Part shown: one piece after another, positions 1 through 11,051 of the stretch
Layout: each line of letters starts with the position of its first letter
Numbering within the stretch: position 1 is the stretch's first letter
Source: Gammaproteobacteria bacterium
GTDB lineage: Bacteria > Pseudomonadota > Gammaproteobacteria > JAJFKG01
Reading direction: 5' to 3'
Length of the DNA stretch: 64,000 nucleotides
Assembly (NCBI GenBank): GCA_021773335.1
Contig: JAJFKG010000050.1
Coordinates: 1,682-65,681 of the forward strand
Notes under the pieces: generated by a model
What the model saw: the letters and a program-made list of their open reading frames with translations, nothing else
The model's database searches: none
What the model was told of the DNA's origin: nothing
Made by a program: the position numbers and the translations under genes

Positions 1-1
1 A

Positions 2-676
2 CCCTTCTCTGGACGTCTTGGGTTGCGCAAGATCGACCTCGGCCAATACGTCAATCCGGGCGCTGCCGTGGTCAACTTACAAGCAATCGATCCGATGCGT
101 GTTGAATTTAGCATCCCTCAGGTTTACTTGGAAAAACTCGCGCTTGGTCAAAAAGTCACAATCACGTCTGATTCTTACCCAGGACAAACATTCGATGGGA
201 ACGTTTATGCCTTGGACTCCGCCGTCAATACCAACACGCGTAGCTTGGGAATTTGGGCATCAATCCCTAACCAACAACACGAACTGGTGCCCGGTACTTT
301 TGCTGAAGTTACCCTGTTCGTCGGTCAACCGATGGAAGTGATCACCGTTCCTCAAACTGCAATTGTATATAACAATACCAGTGATTTTGTGTATAAGGTT
401 ATCAATGATAAAGCGGTTAAAACCGATGTGAAACTTGGCCAACGCGTCGGAAAATTGGTGCAAGTGGCAAGTGGCCTCAAGGCAGGTGATGTCATCGTCG
501 CCGCTGGGCAGAATCGCCTTTACGATGGCGCTAGCGTCAAGATTGAAACAGCCCATCCAAGTGTTAATGGCAAAAATGCTTCTTCTGGCACAAATCAACC
601 TAGCCAGCAAAAAGCGAGCGATAAAAAGCAGAACGACAACAATCCTGCTAAAACTCAGCAACAGAGTCAAAACTAA
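2..676 (+). CDS. RND efflux periplasmic adaptor (membrane fusion protein), 5'-truncated by the window edge
   Basis: Frame is open from position 2 (PFSGRLGLRKIDLGQYV). MFP-type motifs F.G.V.A.D..V...TRS and GL..GD.IV..GQ. Lies directly upstream of an AcrB-family gene. Confidence 0.9.
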   Translation, partial: PFSGRLGLRKIDLGQYVNPGAAVVNLQAIDPMRVEFSIPQVYLEKLALGQKVTITSDSYPGQTFDGNVYALDSAVNTNTRSLGIWASIPNQQHELVPGTFAEVTLFVGQPMEVITVPQTAIVYNNTSDFVYKVINDKAVKTDVKLGQRVGKLVQVASGLKAGDVIVAAGQNRLYDGASVKIETAHPSVNGKNASSGTNQPSQQKASDKKQNDNNPAKTQQQSQN

Positions 677-678
677 AC

Positions 679-3600
679 ATGCATTTTACTGATATATTCA
701 TACGCCGCCCGGTCTTTGCAACGGTATTAAGCTTGGTTGTCTTGATGATCGGTATCATTTCCTTTATGAATATGGAAGTGCGCCAATACCCAGAAATCGA
801 AACCTCCGTTATTCAAATTGGTGTTACCTATCCTGGCGCAAGCGCGGGTTTGATGGAAGGCTTTGTCACCACGCCAATTGAAAATGCCGTGGGTAGTATC
901 GATGGCATTGATTACATGACATCGACCAGTAGTCAAAGCCAATCAACCATCACCATCAATTTGAAACTCGGTTATGACATTAATGTGGCTATTACCGATG
1001 TCGGGAATAAGATTTCATCCGTGCGCTATCAATTGCCAAAAGATATACAAGATCCCGTAATTTCCAAAAACGACCCCGAAGCTTATCCACAAGTCTATAT
1101 CGCCTTCAACAGTGACGCTATGTCGCCTGAAGAAGTCACTGACTATTTGTTACGCGTGGTACAACCACAGTTACAAACCCTTGATGGCGTCAGTGAAGCG
1201 AAAATCTTAGGTGAACGTGAATATGCCATGCGCGTCAATCTCAATCCGAAGTTAATGACCGCGCACAATATCACCGCATCCGATGTCTACGGCGCTATCG
1301 CCCGCAACAACCTGCAAGCCACCGCCGGTACCGTCAAAGCGCCATCACAACAATATAATGTTGTCGCCGATACCGATATGGCCACCCCAGAACAATTCAA
1401 TAATATGGTCCTCAAAGAAGATAATGGCCATTTGATTCGCATTCGTGATGTAGGCAACACCATTCTCGGTGCAAAGAGTTATGACAGTTCGGCAATCATT
1501 AGCGGTAAAGAAACCACTGTGGTTGGTATTATTCCCAAATCAACCGCTAACCCGCTCGCCGTTTCTGACGAAGTTGAAGCCATGTTGCCAACAATCAAGA
1601 AAGAATTGCCAGCAGGTTTGACCGCAGAATTAACCTGGGATAACTCGATGTTTATTAAAGCATCGATTAAAGAAGTCTTCGAAACCATTATCGAAGCAAT
1701 CATCTTTGTGATTATCGTGATTTTCTTGTTCGTGGGCGATTTCCGTGCTGTTTTCATTCCGGCAGTAACGATTCCACTGTCGATCATCGGGGTGTGTGGC
1801 TATATGTACGCCATGGGGTATTCGATCAACACTCTCACCTTACTAGCCTGGGTATTGGCGGTTGGCTTGGTTGTCGATGATGCGATCGTGGTATTGGAAA
1901 ATATCCACCGCCACTTAGAAAATGGCATGAAAGCGACACCCGCCGCAATCAAAGGGGCGCGTGAGATTGGCTTCGCGGTAATTGCGATGACCTTCACTCT
2001 CGCTGCAGTATACGCACCTATCGGTTTCACCACGGGTTTGACAGGTATCTTATTCCGTGAATTCTCATTTACTCTCGCGGGTTCAGTGATTGTATCGGGC
2101 TTTATTGCTTTAACCTTGTCGCCAATGATGTGTGCCAAAATCATGGCGTCTGGCCCACCAACCGGTAAGTTCAGCCAATTCGTAGAACACACGTTTGACA
2201 AATTCATGAACGCGTATAAACGCACCCTATCGCGTGTCATGGATGCGCGCACGCTCGTGGTGATTGTTGCCCTCGCCATTTATGCGATGTGTTTCTATTT
2301 ATTCACCATCATTCCGGAAGAATTGGCACCCGTGGAAGATCAAGGGGTAGTCCTGGCCTATATTGAAGCACCCTCTGCAGCGAACATTAAATACACCGAA
2401 CATTTCACTAAGCTCTTAGAACCGATCTACGACAGTGTGCCCGAAATGCTCAACTACGGGATCATCAATGGCTTTAATGGTGCTAATACCGCGATTTCAT
2501 TCTTGGATTTAATCCCATGGGATAAGCGTAAGCGCACCGCCATGCAAATTACCGCAGCGATCGCACCGAAGATGCAAGCAAACCCGGGTTTAAATATCTT
2601 GCCATTCCCGCCACCACCACTACCAGGTGCGGGTATCACGCCGGTTTCTTTCGTGCTCAAGACGACAACAGACTATAATCTGTTAAATAATTCTATGCAT
2701 GAATTGATGGCGGCAGCGCGTAAGAGCCCGATTTTCCAATCGATGAATACGGATATCAAACTCGACAAACCACAAACCAATGTCGACATTGACCGCGATC
2801 GTGCCGGTGACTTGGGTATCAGCATGGCTGACATTGCTAATACATTAAAGGTCATGATGGCTGAGCCGCAAGATTATCTCTTTGATATGCGTGGCCGTAG
2901 TTACTATATTATTCCAGAATTCACCAAAAACTTTGATTACAAAAACAATCCGCACAATATCAATAACTACTATGTACGTACTAAGAGCCAAGACTTAGTG
3001 CCATTGTCAAACATTGTTAAAATCAAAGATACCGTGCAACCACAAAGCTTGAACCATTTCCAACAGTTGCCATCGGCAACCTTGGACGCGACGGTAAATG
3101 ATAAATACACCATCGGCCAAGCATTAGATTTCTTACGCGCTGAAGCTGAAAAAATCTTACCGTCAAGTGTACAGGTCGATTACTCTGGCCAATCACGCCA
3201 GTTGATGGAAGCCAGTAGCGCGATGGAACAAGCGATGATCTTCGCCGTTATTTTCATCTTCTTAGTTTTAGCGGCACAATTTGAAAGCTATCGTGATCCC
3301 TTGATCGTGATGTCAACCGTACTGCTATCAGTGATGGGTGCCCTGCTCACCTTAAAGCTCGCCGGCGGCACCTTAAATATCTACAGTAAGATCGGTTTGA
3401 TTACCTTGGTTGGCTTGATCAGTAAGCATGGTATCTTGATCGTTGAATTTGCAAATCAATTACAGAAAACCGATGGCATGAGCGTACGCGAAGCGGCAAT
3501 TGAATCGGCGTCACTACGTTTACGACCGATTTTGATGACCACCGCGGCCATGGTCTTGGGCGCGTTCCCACTCGCGATAGCAACCGGCGCTGGCGCGCAA

Positions 3601-3798
3601 TCTCGCCACCAAATCGGTTGGGTCATCGTCGGTGGTATGTGCTTTGGTACTCTCTTCTCGCTATTTGTCGTACCAACTGTATATACTTTAATTGCGAAAA
3701 AGCATGAACCGGAAGAGTATAATGCTGCTGAGTTAGAAGCTGCCATTGCCGGTGAACAAGTTCATAAAAAACCGAGTGATAACCCTGACGAAGAATAA
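679..3798 (+). CDS. AcrB/AcrD/AcrF-family RND efflux permease
   Basis: 1039 aa. MHFTDIFIRRPVFA start, GLVVDDAIVVLENI proton-relay motif, KHGILIVEFAN and RLRPILMTT. Confidence 0.95.
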   Translation: MHFTDIFIRRPVFATVLSLVVLMIGIISFMNMEVRQYPEIETSVIQIGVTYPGASAGLMEGFVTTPIENAVGSIDGIDYMTSTSSQSQSTITINLKLGYDINVAITDVGNKISSVRYQLPKDIQDPVISKNDPEAYPQVYIAFNSDAMSPEEVTDYLLRVVQPQLQTLDGVSEAKILGEREYAMRVNLNPKLMTAHNITASDVYGAIARNNLQATAGTVKAPSQQYNVVADTDMATPEQFNNMVLKEDNGHLIRIRDVGNTILGAKSYDSSAIISGKETTVVGIIPKSTANPLAVSDEVEAMLPTIKKELPAGLTAELTWDNSMFIKASIKEVFETIIEAIIFVIIVIFLFVGDFRAVFIPAVTIPLSIIGVCGYMYAMGYSINTLTLLAWVLAVGLVVDDAIVVLENIHRHLENGMKATPAAIKGAREIGFAVIAMTFTLAAVYAPIGFTTGLTGILFREFSFTLAGSVIVSGFIALTLSPMMCAKIMASGPPTGKFSQFVEHTFDKFMNAYKRTLSRVMDARTLVVIVALAIYAMCFYLFTIIPEELAPVEDQGVVLAYIEAPSAANIKYTEHFTKLLEPIYDSVPEMLNYGIINGFNGANTAISFLDLIPWDKRKRTAMQITAAIAPKMQANPGLNILPFPPPPLPGAGITPVSFVLKTTTDYNLLNNSMHELMAAARKSPIFQSMNTDIKLDKPQTNVDIDRDRAGDLGISMADIANTLKVMMAEPQDYLFDMRGRSYYIIPEFTKNFDYKNNPHNINNYYVRTKSQDLVPLSNIVKIKDTVQPQSLNHFQQLPSATLDATVNDKYTIGQALDFLRAEAEKILPSSVQVDYSGQSRQLMEASSAMEQAMIFAVIFIFLVLAAQFESYRDPLIVMSTVLLSVMGALLTLKLAGGTLNIYSKIGLITLVGLISKHGILIVEFANQLQKTDGMSVREAAIESASLRLRPILMTTAAMVLGAFPLAIATGAGAQSRHQIGWVIVGGMCFGTLFSLFVVPTVYTLIAKKHEPEEYNAAELEAAIAGEQVHKKPSDNPDEE

Positions 3799-3840
3799 GT
3801 ACTGAAAAGAATAACTGACTAAACTATAGGTTCATCATCC

Positions 3841-4665
3841 ATGTTCAAACTCCAACAAATTATCGAGAATGCCTTCGATAATCGAGCCCATATCACCCCA
3901 GAAACTGTCGATCATGATACGCGTGAAGCCATCAACGAAGCATTGTATCTTTTAGATACCGGCAAACAACGCGTCGCCGAAAAACTCAATGGCCAATGGG
4001 TCGTGAATGAGTGGTTAAAAAAAGCGGTGTTATTATCGTTTCGCATTCTCGAAAACCAAACCATCAAAGGTGGTTATACCCAATTTTATGACAAAGTACC
4101 GTTGAAATACGCCGACACTGGCGTACAAGAATTTTCCTTACACGGCACACGTATTGTGCCACCAGCGACAATTCGGCGTGGCGCCCACATTGCGGCAAAC
4201 ACCGTCATCATGCCAAGTTATGTCAACATCGGTGCCTATGTCGATAGTGGCACTTTGGTCGACACCTGGGCGACGGTTGGTTCCTGTGCGCAAATAGGCA
4301 AAAATGTACATCTATCCGGCGGTGTTGGCATCGGTGGCGTGTTGGAACCACTGCAAGCCAGCCCCACCATCATCGAAGACAATTGCTTTATCGGTGCACG
4401 CTCTGAAGTCGTGGAAGGCGTCATCATCGAAGAAGGTGCTGTGCTCTCTATGGGTGTTTATCTTGGCCAAAGCACGCGTATCTATAACCGTATGACCGAT
4501 GAAATTACCTACGGGCGCATCCCTGCGGGCGCTGTTGTTGTGCCTGGTAATTTACCCTCATCTGATGGTAAATACAGCCTGTATTGCGCCGTTATCGTTA
4601 AACAAGTCGATGAAAAAACCCGCGGTAAAGTTGAAATCAACGAATTATTGCGTAACATTGAATAA
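3841..4665 (+). CDS. dapD: Tetrahydrodipicolinate N-succinyltransferase
   Basis: [25 protein letters not shown] and hexapeptide repeats [14 protein letters not shown]. Confidence 0.97.
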   Translation: MFKLQQIIENAFDNRAHITPETVDHDTREAINEALYLLDTGKQRVAEKLNGQWVVNEWLKKAVLLSFRILENQTIKGGYTQFYDKVPLKYADTGVQEFSLHGTRIVPPATIRRGAHIAANTVIMPSYVNIGAYVDSGTLVDTWATVGSCAQIGKNVHLSGGVGIGGVLEPLQASPTIIEDNCFIGARSEVVEGVIIEEGAVLSMGVYLGQSTRIYNRMTDEITYGRIPAGAVVVPGNLPSSDGKYSLYCAVIVKQVDEKTRGKVEINELLRNIE

Positions 4666-4670
4666 ACACT

Positions 4671-5804
4671 ATGTCAGCCACTTTAGAACTCAGCAAGCAA
4701 TTAATCGCGCAAGAATCCATTACCCCAAATGATGCTGAATGTCAGCAAATCCTCGCTGCGCGTTTACAAGCCATGGGGTTTGAGATTCAACACTTACCCT
4801 TTGGAGATACGCACAATCTCTGGGCACGACGCGGTACTGCAAAGCCTTTATTTGTTTTTGCTGGTCATACTGACGTTGTCCCCACTGGACCATTAAAGGA
4901 ATGGACATCACCACCCTTTGTACCCACGATTCGTGATGGCTTTCTTTATGGACGTGGCGCTGCCGATATGAAAGGCAGCCTGGCTGCGATGGTTACTGCC
5001 TGTGAAGCATTTATAGCCGAGCATGCTAGCTATAATGGCTCTATCGCCTTATTGATTACCAGCGACGAAGAAGGTAAAGCTACCTATGGCACGCGCAAAG
5101 TTGTCGAATGGTTGCAGCAACAAGGCGAACAAATCGATATGTGCTTAGTTGGCGAACCCTCATCACATGAAAACGTCGGCGATGTGATCAAAAATGGTCG
5201 TCGTGGTTCACTCAGTGGCGAGTTAACCATCCATGGCAAACAAGGCCATATCGCCTATCCACATTTGGCCGACAATCCGATTCACAAAGCATTAAAAGCG
5301 TTGGATGAATTGTGTAGTACCTTGTGGGACACAGGTAATGATTCATTTCCCGCGACGAGTTTTCAGATTGCTAATGTTAATGCTGGCACAGGTGCTACGA
5401 ATATCATTCCAGGCGAATTGCAGCTTCAGTTTAATTTTCGTTATTCAACCGCAGTCACTAGTGATGTACTGAAACACCGCGTCATCACCATTCTCGACAA
5501 ACATAATCTTAACTATGCTATAGATTGGCACTGCAGTGGACAACCCTTCTTAACTAATAATGGTGCATTACTGCAGGCTGTTCGTGATGCAATTGCCGAT
5601 GTCACTGGCCTGCAAACCCAAGTCTTGACCACAGGTGGCACTTCCGATGGACGTTTCATCGCGCCTACTGGCGCTCAAGTTGTTGAACTCGGCCCTGTTA
5701 ATCGCACCATTCATCAAATTGACGAATGCGTGCGCATCGAAGATTTGGATATCTTAAGCGAGCTTTACCAACGTATTCTGCAACTCACTCTGGTTTCATC
5801 CTGA
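4671..5804 (+). CDS. dapE: Succinyl-diaminopimelate desuccinylase
   Basis: [36 protein letters not shown]; adjacent to dapD. Confidence 0.97.
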   Translation: MSATLELSKQLIAQESITPNDAECQQILAARLQAMGFEIQHLPFGDTHNLWARRGTAKPLFVFAGHTDVVPTGPLKEWTSPPFVPTIRDGFLYGRGAADMKGSLAAMVTACEAFIAEHASYNGSIALLITSDEEGKATYGTRKVVEWLQQQGEQIDMCLVGEPSSHENVGDVIKNGRRGSLSGELTIHGKQGHIAYPHLADNPIHKALKALDELCSTLWDTGNDSFPATSFQIANVNAGTGATNIIPGELQLQFNFRYSTAVTSDVLKHRVITILDKHNLNYAIDWHCSGQPFLTNNGALLQAVRDAIADVTGLQTQVLTTGGTSDGRFIAPTGAQVVELGPVNRTIHQIDECVRIEDLDILSELYQRILQLTLVSS

Positions 5805-6413
5805 GCAGACATATCCCCACGAATAAAGCCTTAAAGTAGCCGACTGTCTCTGCGTCAAGCCCAGATGTAGCCTTGATAAGGCGCATAACGGCGCATCTCA
5901 AGGCTACATCTGGGCTTGACGCAGAAGCCGTAGCCTTGATAAGCACCGAAGGTGCGCATCAAGGGCCTGAGTTGGCAAATGCTGCTCCTTGACGCGTCGC
6001 TACGCGGCTTATCAAGGCTACATTAGCATTTATTCCTAGGTAAACCGTCGCCCGGATAAGCGCGGCACGCGCGTCATCCGGGGAGGTTGTTAGCGATTGC
6101 TGTTCCCGGATGACGTTGCTGCGCAACTTATCCGGGCTACATCTGAGCTTGACGCAGAAGCCGTAGCCTTGATAAGCACCGAAGGTGCGCATCAAGGGCC
6201 TGAGTTGGCAAATGCTGCTCCTTGATGCGCCGCTACGCGGCTTATCAAGGCTACATTAGCTACATTAGCATTTGTTCCTACGTAAGCCGTCGCCCGGATA
6301 AGCGCGGCACGCGCGTCATCCGGGGAGGGTGTTTGCGATTGCGGTTCCCGGATGACGTTGCTGCGCAACTTATCCGGGCTACATCTGAGCTTGACTAGAA
6401 GACAGTAGTCTAC
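5796..6413. repeat. Composite REP array (BIME-like): nested termini plus two tandem units alternating family-A and family-B GTAG REP doublets
   Basis: REP-A is GTAGCCTTGATAAG...CATCAAGG and REP-B is GTAGCCCGGATAAG...CATCCGGG, each in inverted pairs. Repeat units start at 5903, 6136 and 6378 (233 and 242 bp). Perfect 28-bp inverted arms at 5849-5876 and 5898-5925. Confidence 0.9.
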
Positions 6414-6529
6414 GTGGTAGCGCGCTTTTGTCGCCTTGATAAGCTCTGGATGGTGAGAGAATACAAAAGCCAATGCTTTTAAGGTATCATCTTGCACAGC
6501 AAAATAAACCCCAAGGATCAGGCTTTAAA

Positions 6530-7321
6530 ATGAGCAACAATTGCCTAATTATTGATTATCCACGTGAAAACGTTGTGACATTGCGTCTTAATCGACCAGA
6601 GGTACACAATGCGTTTGATGATGTTTTAATTAATCAATTGACACAAACTTTGCAAAGGATCGACACTGATGAACAAATCCGTGTCGTCACCCTCGCCGCT
6701 GAAGGCAAGAGTTTTTCCGCTGGCGCGGATCTCAATTGGATGCAAAGCATGGCAAATTACAGTGAAAAGGAGAACTACCAAGACGCCCTCGCCCTCGCCG
6801 CGCTTATGCAAACTCTCAATCAAATGAGTAAACCCACCATAGCGCAAGTGCAAGGCGCCACGTTTGGCGGTGGTGTTGGTTTAGTCGCCTGTTGTGACAT
6901 CGCCATCGCGAGCGTTAAAGCCAGTTTTTGTTTATCGGAAGTTAAGATCGGTTTGATTCCAGCAGTAATCAGCCCCTATGTGATTGCTGCCATTGGTGAA
7001 CGTGCATCACGGCGCTATATGCTAAGTGCGGAACGTTTCGATGCGCATCAGGCTCATTATCTCGGTTTAATTCACGATGTCGTGGAACACGATGCCTTAC
7101 AGGCAAACACCGAACAACTCATTGCTACACTTTTAAAGAATGGTCCACACGCGATGCACACCTGTAAAGATCTAATACGTCACATCAATCCGTTGCATTT
7201 AGATGCACAACTCATTGCAGACACCGCCGAGCATATTGCCAAAATTCGCGTATCTGCTGAAGGTCAAGAAGGCTTGGCTGCCTTTTTAGAAAAACGTCAA
7301 CCACAATGGGCGCAAAACTAA
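6530..7321 (+). CDS. liuC: Methylglutaconyl-CoA hydratase (enoyl-CoA hydratase family)
   Basis: LNRPEVHNAFD, FSAGADL, GGGVGLVACCD, LSEVKIGLIPA; precedes MCC alpha and HMG-CoA lyase. Start moved to ATG 6530. Confidence 0.88.
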   Translation: MSNNCLIIDYPRENVVTLRLNRPEVHNAFDDVLINQLTQTLQRIDTDEQIRVVTLAAEGKSFSAGADLNWMQSMANYSEKENYQDALALAALMQTLNQMSKPTIAQVQGATFGGGVGLVACCDIAIASVKASFCLSEVKIGLIPAVISPYVIAAIGERASRRYMLSAERFDAHQAHYLGLIHDVVEHDALQANTEQLIATLLKNGPHAMHTCKDLIRHINPLHLDAQLIADTAEHIAKIRVSAEGQEGLAAFLEKRQPQWAQN

Positions 7322-7322
7322 T

Positions 7323-9353
7323 ATGTTTAGCAAAATCCTCATCGCCAATCGCGGCGAAATCGCCTGTCGTATCATGCGCACGGCCAAGCGTCTCGGCATT
7401 CATTGTATTGCGGTTTACTCCGAAGCCGATACTAAAGCCAAACACGTAGCATTAGCCGATGAAGCCTACCTGCTAGGCCCAGCGCCCAGCAAAGACAGTT
7501 ATCTCAAAGGCGATGTCATTCTTGATATTGCGAAACGTAGCGGTGCGCAAGCGATCCACCCTGGCTATGGTTTTTTATCTGAAAATGCCAAATTCGCCGC
7601 CGCCTGCGCTAAAGCCAATATTGTTTTCATTGGACCTCCCGTCAAAGCCATAGAAGCCATGGGTTCAAAGAGCGCGGCTAAAGCCATTATGGCAAAAGCC
7701 AAAGTACCATTGGTCCCCGGTTATCATGCACAGGCCCAAGATGAAAAAACACTCGCCAAGGCCGCGGATGAAATTGGTTACCCCGTACTACTCAAGGCTT
7801 CAGCCGGCGGTGGTGGTAAAGGTATGCGTGTCGTCGAAAATAAAAAAGCCTTCAAAGAAAATCTCGCTGCCGCGAAACGCGAAGCCAAAGCCGGTTTTGG
7901 CGATGATACGATGTTAATTGAAAAGTATTTACAACAACCACGGCATGTCGAATTGCAAATCTTTGCGGATCAACATGGCCATGTCATTCATTTATTTGAG
8001 CGCGATTGTTCGCTACAACGTCGCCATCAAAAAGTCATCGAAGAAGCCCCTGCCCCTGGCCTTAGTGCAGCAACGCGGCAAGCCATGGGCGCAGCCGCGA
8101 TTAAAGCTGCACAAGCGATCGATTATGTCGGTGCAGGCACAGTGGAGTTTTTATTTGATAAAAATGGGGATAGCAATGGGCAATTCTATTTCATGGAAAT
8201 GAATACGCGCTTGCAAGTTGAACACCCGGTCACCGAAATGATTACCCAGCAAGACTTAGTCGAATGGCAATTGCGCGTAGCCAATGGTGAATCATTACCC
8301 TTACAGCAGGATCAACTACACATGCAAGGCCATGCCTTTGAAGCGCGCATCTATGCCGAAGACGCCGCTAAAGATTTTTTGCCATCCATCGGTGACTTGG
8401 TCTATTTAAAACGTCCTGAAGAAGATAAGCACATTCGCATCGATACGGGGGTGCGTCAAGGTGATGCAGTAAGCATGCATTATGATCCTATGATCGCTAA
8501 ATTAATCACATGGGATACCAATCGCGATAACGCCTTACGGCGCTTAGCGCAAGCCTTACGCCAGTATCATATCATCGGTGTAACCACTAATATCGATTTT
8601 CTTAGCAAATTAGCCAGCCACCCGGCTTTTATTGCAAGTACATTTGATACGAGTTTCATCGAGCGTCACCGCAAAGATTTATTCAACACACCCTCACCTG
8701 CCAGCGATGAAGTCATCGCCCTCGCTAGCTTGTTTGTGTTATTGCAACAACAGCAACACGTTGCCCAAACAGCACAAGACAGTGGTGATCCCTTTTCACC
8801 GTGGCATAGCCAAGACGCGTGGCGCATGAATTTCAGTGGTAAACAAGAGTTGCACTTTTTACAAGGTGAGATCGAACATCAAGTCTGCACACACTACCAA
8901 CCAGACAGTTATCAACTTGCCATCAGCCATGATGAAATTTTAGCGCAAGATGTGACCATTAGTGGCTATTTTATCGCGGACGATACGATTCATGCTGATT
9001 TAGATGGTCGTCAATTGAATGCCAACGTCGTCGCTTATAAAAATGAAATCCATATCATTGTGCATGGCGAGCATGCTTGTTTACATTTGCGTGATGATGC
9101 TAGCTTGCACGCCCACGATGAAGAAGCAGTTGGGCGTTTAAGTGCCCCCATGCCAGGCACGATTGTCGCTATTATGGCTGAGCCCGGTACTAACGTTGAA
9201 CGTGGCGCCAGTTTAATCGTGATCGAAGCGATGAAAATGGAACACACAATACACGCACCTGGTGACGGTTTAGTGAAAGATATCCATTACCAAGTGGGTG
9301 AGCAAGTCGCTGAAGGTGATGAGTTACTCGCCTTTGAATTATCAGAATCATAG
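7323..9353 (+). CDS. liuD: Methylcrotonoyl-CoA carboxylase alpha subunit (biotin carboxylase plus biotin carrier)
   Basis: ILIANRGEIA, HPGYGFLSEN, GGGGKGMR, EMNTRLQVEHPVTE and the EAMKME biotin site; liu gene context. Confidence 0.9.
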   Translation: MFSKILIANRGEIACRIMRTAKRLGIHCIAVYSEADTKAKHVALADEAYLLGPAPSKDSYLKGDVILDIAKRSGAQAIHPGYGFLSENAKFAAACAKANIVFIGPPVKAIEAMGSKSAAKAIMAKAKVPLVPGYHAQAQDEKTLAKAADEIGYPVLLKASAGGGGKGMRVVENKKAFKENLAAAKREAKAGFGDDTMLIEKYLQQPRHVELQIFADQHGHVIHLFERDCSLQRRHQKVIEEAPAPGLSAATRQAMGAAAIKAAQAIDYVGAGTVEFLFDKNGDSNGQFYFMEMNTRLQVEHPVTEMITQQDLVEWQLRVANGESLPLQQDQLHMQGHAFEARIYAEDAAKDFLPSIGDLVYLKRPEEDKHIRIDTGVRQGDAVSMHYDPMIAKLITWDTNRDNALRRLAQALRQYHIIGVTTNIDFLSKLASHPAFIASTFDTSFIERHRKDLFNTPSPASDEVIALASLFVLLQQQQHVAQTAQDSGDPFSPWHSQDAWRMNFSGKQELHFLQGEIEHQVCTHYQPDSYQLAISHDEILAQDVTISGYFIADDTIHADLDGRQLNANVVAYKNEIHIIVHGEHACLHLRDDASLHAHDEEAVGRLSAPMPGTIVAIMAEPGTNVERGASLIVIEAMKMEHTIHAPGDGLVKDIHYQVGEQVAEGDELLAFELSES

Positions 9354-9362
9354 GAAACACGC

Positions 9363-10298
9363 ATGCCCTTGCCCAGCAAAATCACCTTAGTCGAAGTCGG
9401 TCCACGCGATGGCCTACAAAATGAAAAAAATATTATCCCAACAGACATTAAGATTGAGCTCATCAATCGTTTGAGTGATTCGGGTTTATCGGTAATTGAA
9501 GTTTCGAGTTTTGTATCGCCCAAGTGGGTACCACAAATGGCCGACAATAAACAAGTGTTTGCCGGCATTAAACACAAAACTGATATTATCTATCCAGTGT
9601 TAGTACCCAATCGCAAAGGTTATGATGCTGCTAAGCAAGCCGGCGCCACTCAAATTGCCTTATTCGCGGCTGCATCTGAAGCCTTTTCGCAGAAAAACAC
9701 CAATTGTTCGATCGAAGAAAGCTTTAGACGTTTAGAAGAAGTCGCCAAACTTGCCAAGCAAGATAAAATTAAAATGCGTGGCTATGTCTCGTGTATGTTA
9801 GGTTGTCCTTATGAAGGTGATATCGATATTGTTGCGGCATGCGAAATTGCCAAGCGTTTGTATGATCTCGGCTGCGAAGAAATTTCTTTAAGTGATACTA
9901 TCGGTGTCGGCACTGCGGGCAAGGCGCGTAAAATGGTCGAAACAGCCGCAAGTATGCTGCCATTAGAGCACTTGGCGATTCATTTCCACGACACATATGG
10001 CCAAGCATTAGCAAATATCTACGCCTGTTTGGAAGTTGGTATTAGCACCATCGATAGTGCTGTTGGTGGCTTAGGTGGCTGCCCATACGCACAAGGTGCG
10101 GCAGGCAACGTCGCCAGCGAAGATGTCTTGTATATGTTAAATGGCTTAGGCATTGAGACTGGTGTTGATATCAATAAGCTAATCGATGCAGCTTTATTTA
10201 TTTGCCAATACTTAGGGCATAAACCAACGTCTAAAGTTTCACGCGCCTTATTAGCCAAGCGCGAGGCCAAACAAGAAGCCGGCCAGAAAAACTCATGA
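9363..10298 (+). CDS. liuE: Hydroxymethylglutaryl-CoA lyase
   Basis: EVGPRDGLQNE, HFHDTYGQA, GGLGGCPYA. Confidence 0.93.
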   Translation: MPLPSKITLVEVGPRDGLQNEKNIIPTDIKIELINRLSDSGLSVIEVSSFVSPKWVPQMADNKQVFAGIKHKTDIIYPVLVPNRKGYDAAKQAGATQIALFAAASEAFSQKNTNCSIEESFRRLEEVAKLAKQDKIKMRGYVSCMLGCPYEGDIDIVAACEIAKRLYDLGCEEISLSDTIGVGTAGKARKMVETAASMLPLEHLAIHFHDTYGQALANIYACLEVGISTIDSAVGGLGGCPYAQGAAGNVASEDVLYMLNGLGIETGVDINKLIDAALFICQYLGHKPTSKVSRALLAKREAKQEAGQKNS

Positions 10299-10903
10299 GT
10301 GATTCACGTGTGCATATTATCTTTTTACATGGTTTTAATTCTTCACCGTGCGCGCCCAAATGTGCGATGTTTGCAGAATACATGGCTGAATTGGATCGCT
10401 TTGATCATTTCCACGCGCCGAATTTACATTGCCCACCCAATGAGGTCGTCGCTAAGCTCGAACAATTGATCGCACAAATCAATAGTCCACACATTACGTT
10501 GGTCGGCAGTTCTATGGGTGGTTATTTCGCCGCACATTTTGCGCACAAATATGACTTAAAAGCAGCGTTAATTAATCCAGCGTTAAAACCCTATGAGGCG
10601 TTAGCTGCTTACTTAGGCAATAATGAAAACCCTTATACTGGTGCAATTTTGACATTAAAACCAGAACACGGTCCACAGCTGCAGGCTTTAGAGATTGCGC
10701 AAGTCACAACACCAGAACATTATTTACTGCTATTGCAAACTGGCGATGATGTGATCGATTATCGTCAAGCTTTACAGAAATTTCCAGATTCACCGCGGAT
10801 TCTACAACAGGGTGGCTCGCATGCATTTGATGATTTTGATCGGCAAATTCCGACGATTATGCGTTTTGCTGAGGGAGAAAGTCTGCGTGAAATAATGCCC
10901 TAA
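10295..10903 (+). CDS. YqiA/YcfP-family alpha/beta-hydrolase esterase
   Basis: LHGFNSS, GSSMGG nucleophile elbow, LINPA, GGSHAF. Confidence 0.88.
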   Translation: MSDSRVHIIFLHGFNSSPCAPKCAMFAEYMAELDRFDHFHAPNLHCPPNEVVAKLEQLIAQINSPHITLVGSSMGGYFAAHFAHKYDLKAALINPALKPYEALAAYLGNNENPYTGAILTLKPEHGPQLQALEIAQVTTPEHYLLLLQTGDDVIDYRQALQKFPDSPRILQQGGSHAFDDFDRQIPTIMRFAEGESLREIMP

Positions 10904-11051
10904 AGCAAACAAATGTTGCTTCCCAATAGGTCCGCAAGCCGCTACAATCACAGTTAGTTAAGCTTGAAAAGCAGCATCTTGAGGCGCTAGGCAAATAGTA
11001 GTTTTTAAAGGCAATCGTTTTTAGTAAATTCACACAATTAAGGTATTGAAA

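Noticed and set aside
5836-6413. CRISPR array (also considered at 11485-11747, 35918-36204 and 53091-53195)
   Set aside because: The intervening sequences are themselves repeated rather than unique spacers, the repeats are inverted REP doublets, and there are no cas genes in the window.
5959-6497. ORFs 5959-6195 and 6192-6497, and the similar 11490-11678 and 46672-46974
   Set aside because: They are translations of REP DNA; the shared peptide PDKLRSNVIRE...PDDARAALIRAT simply reflects the repeat.
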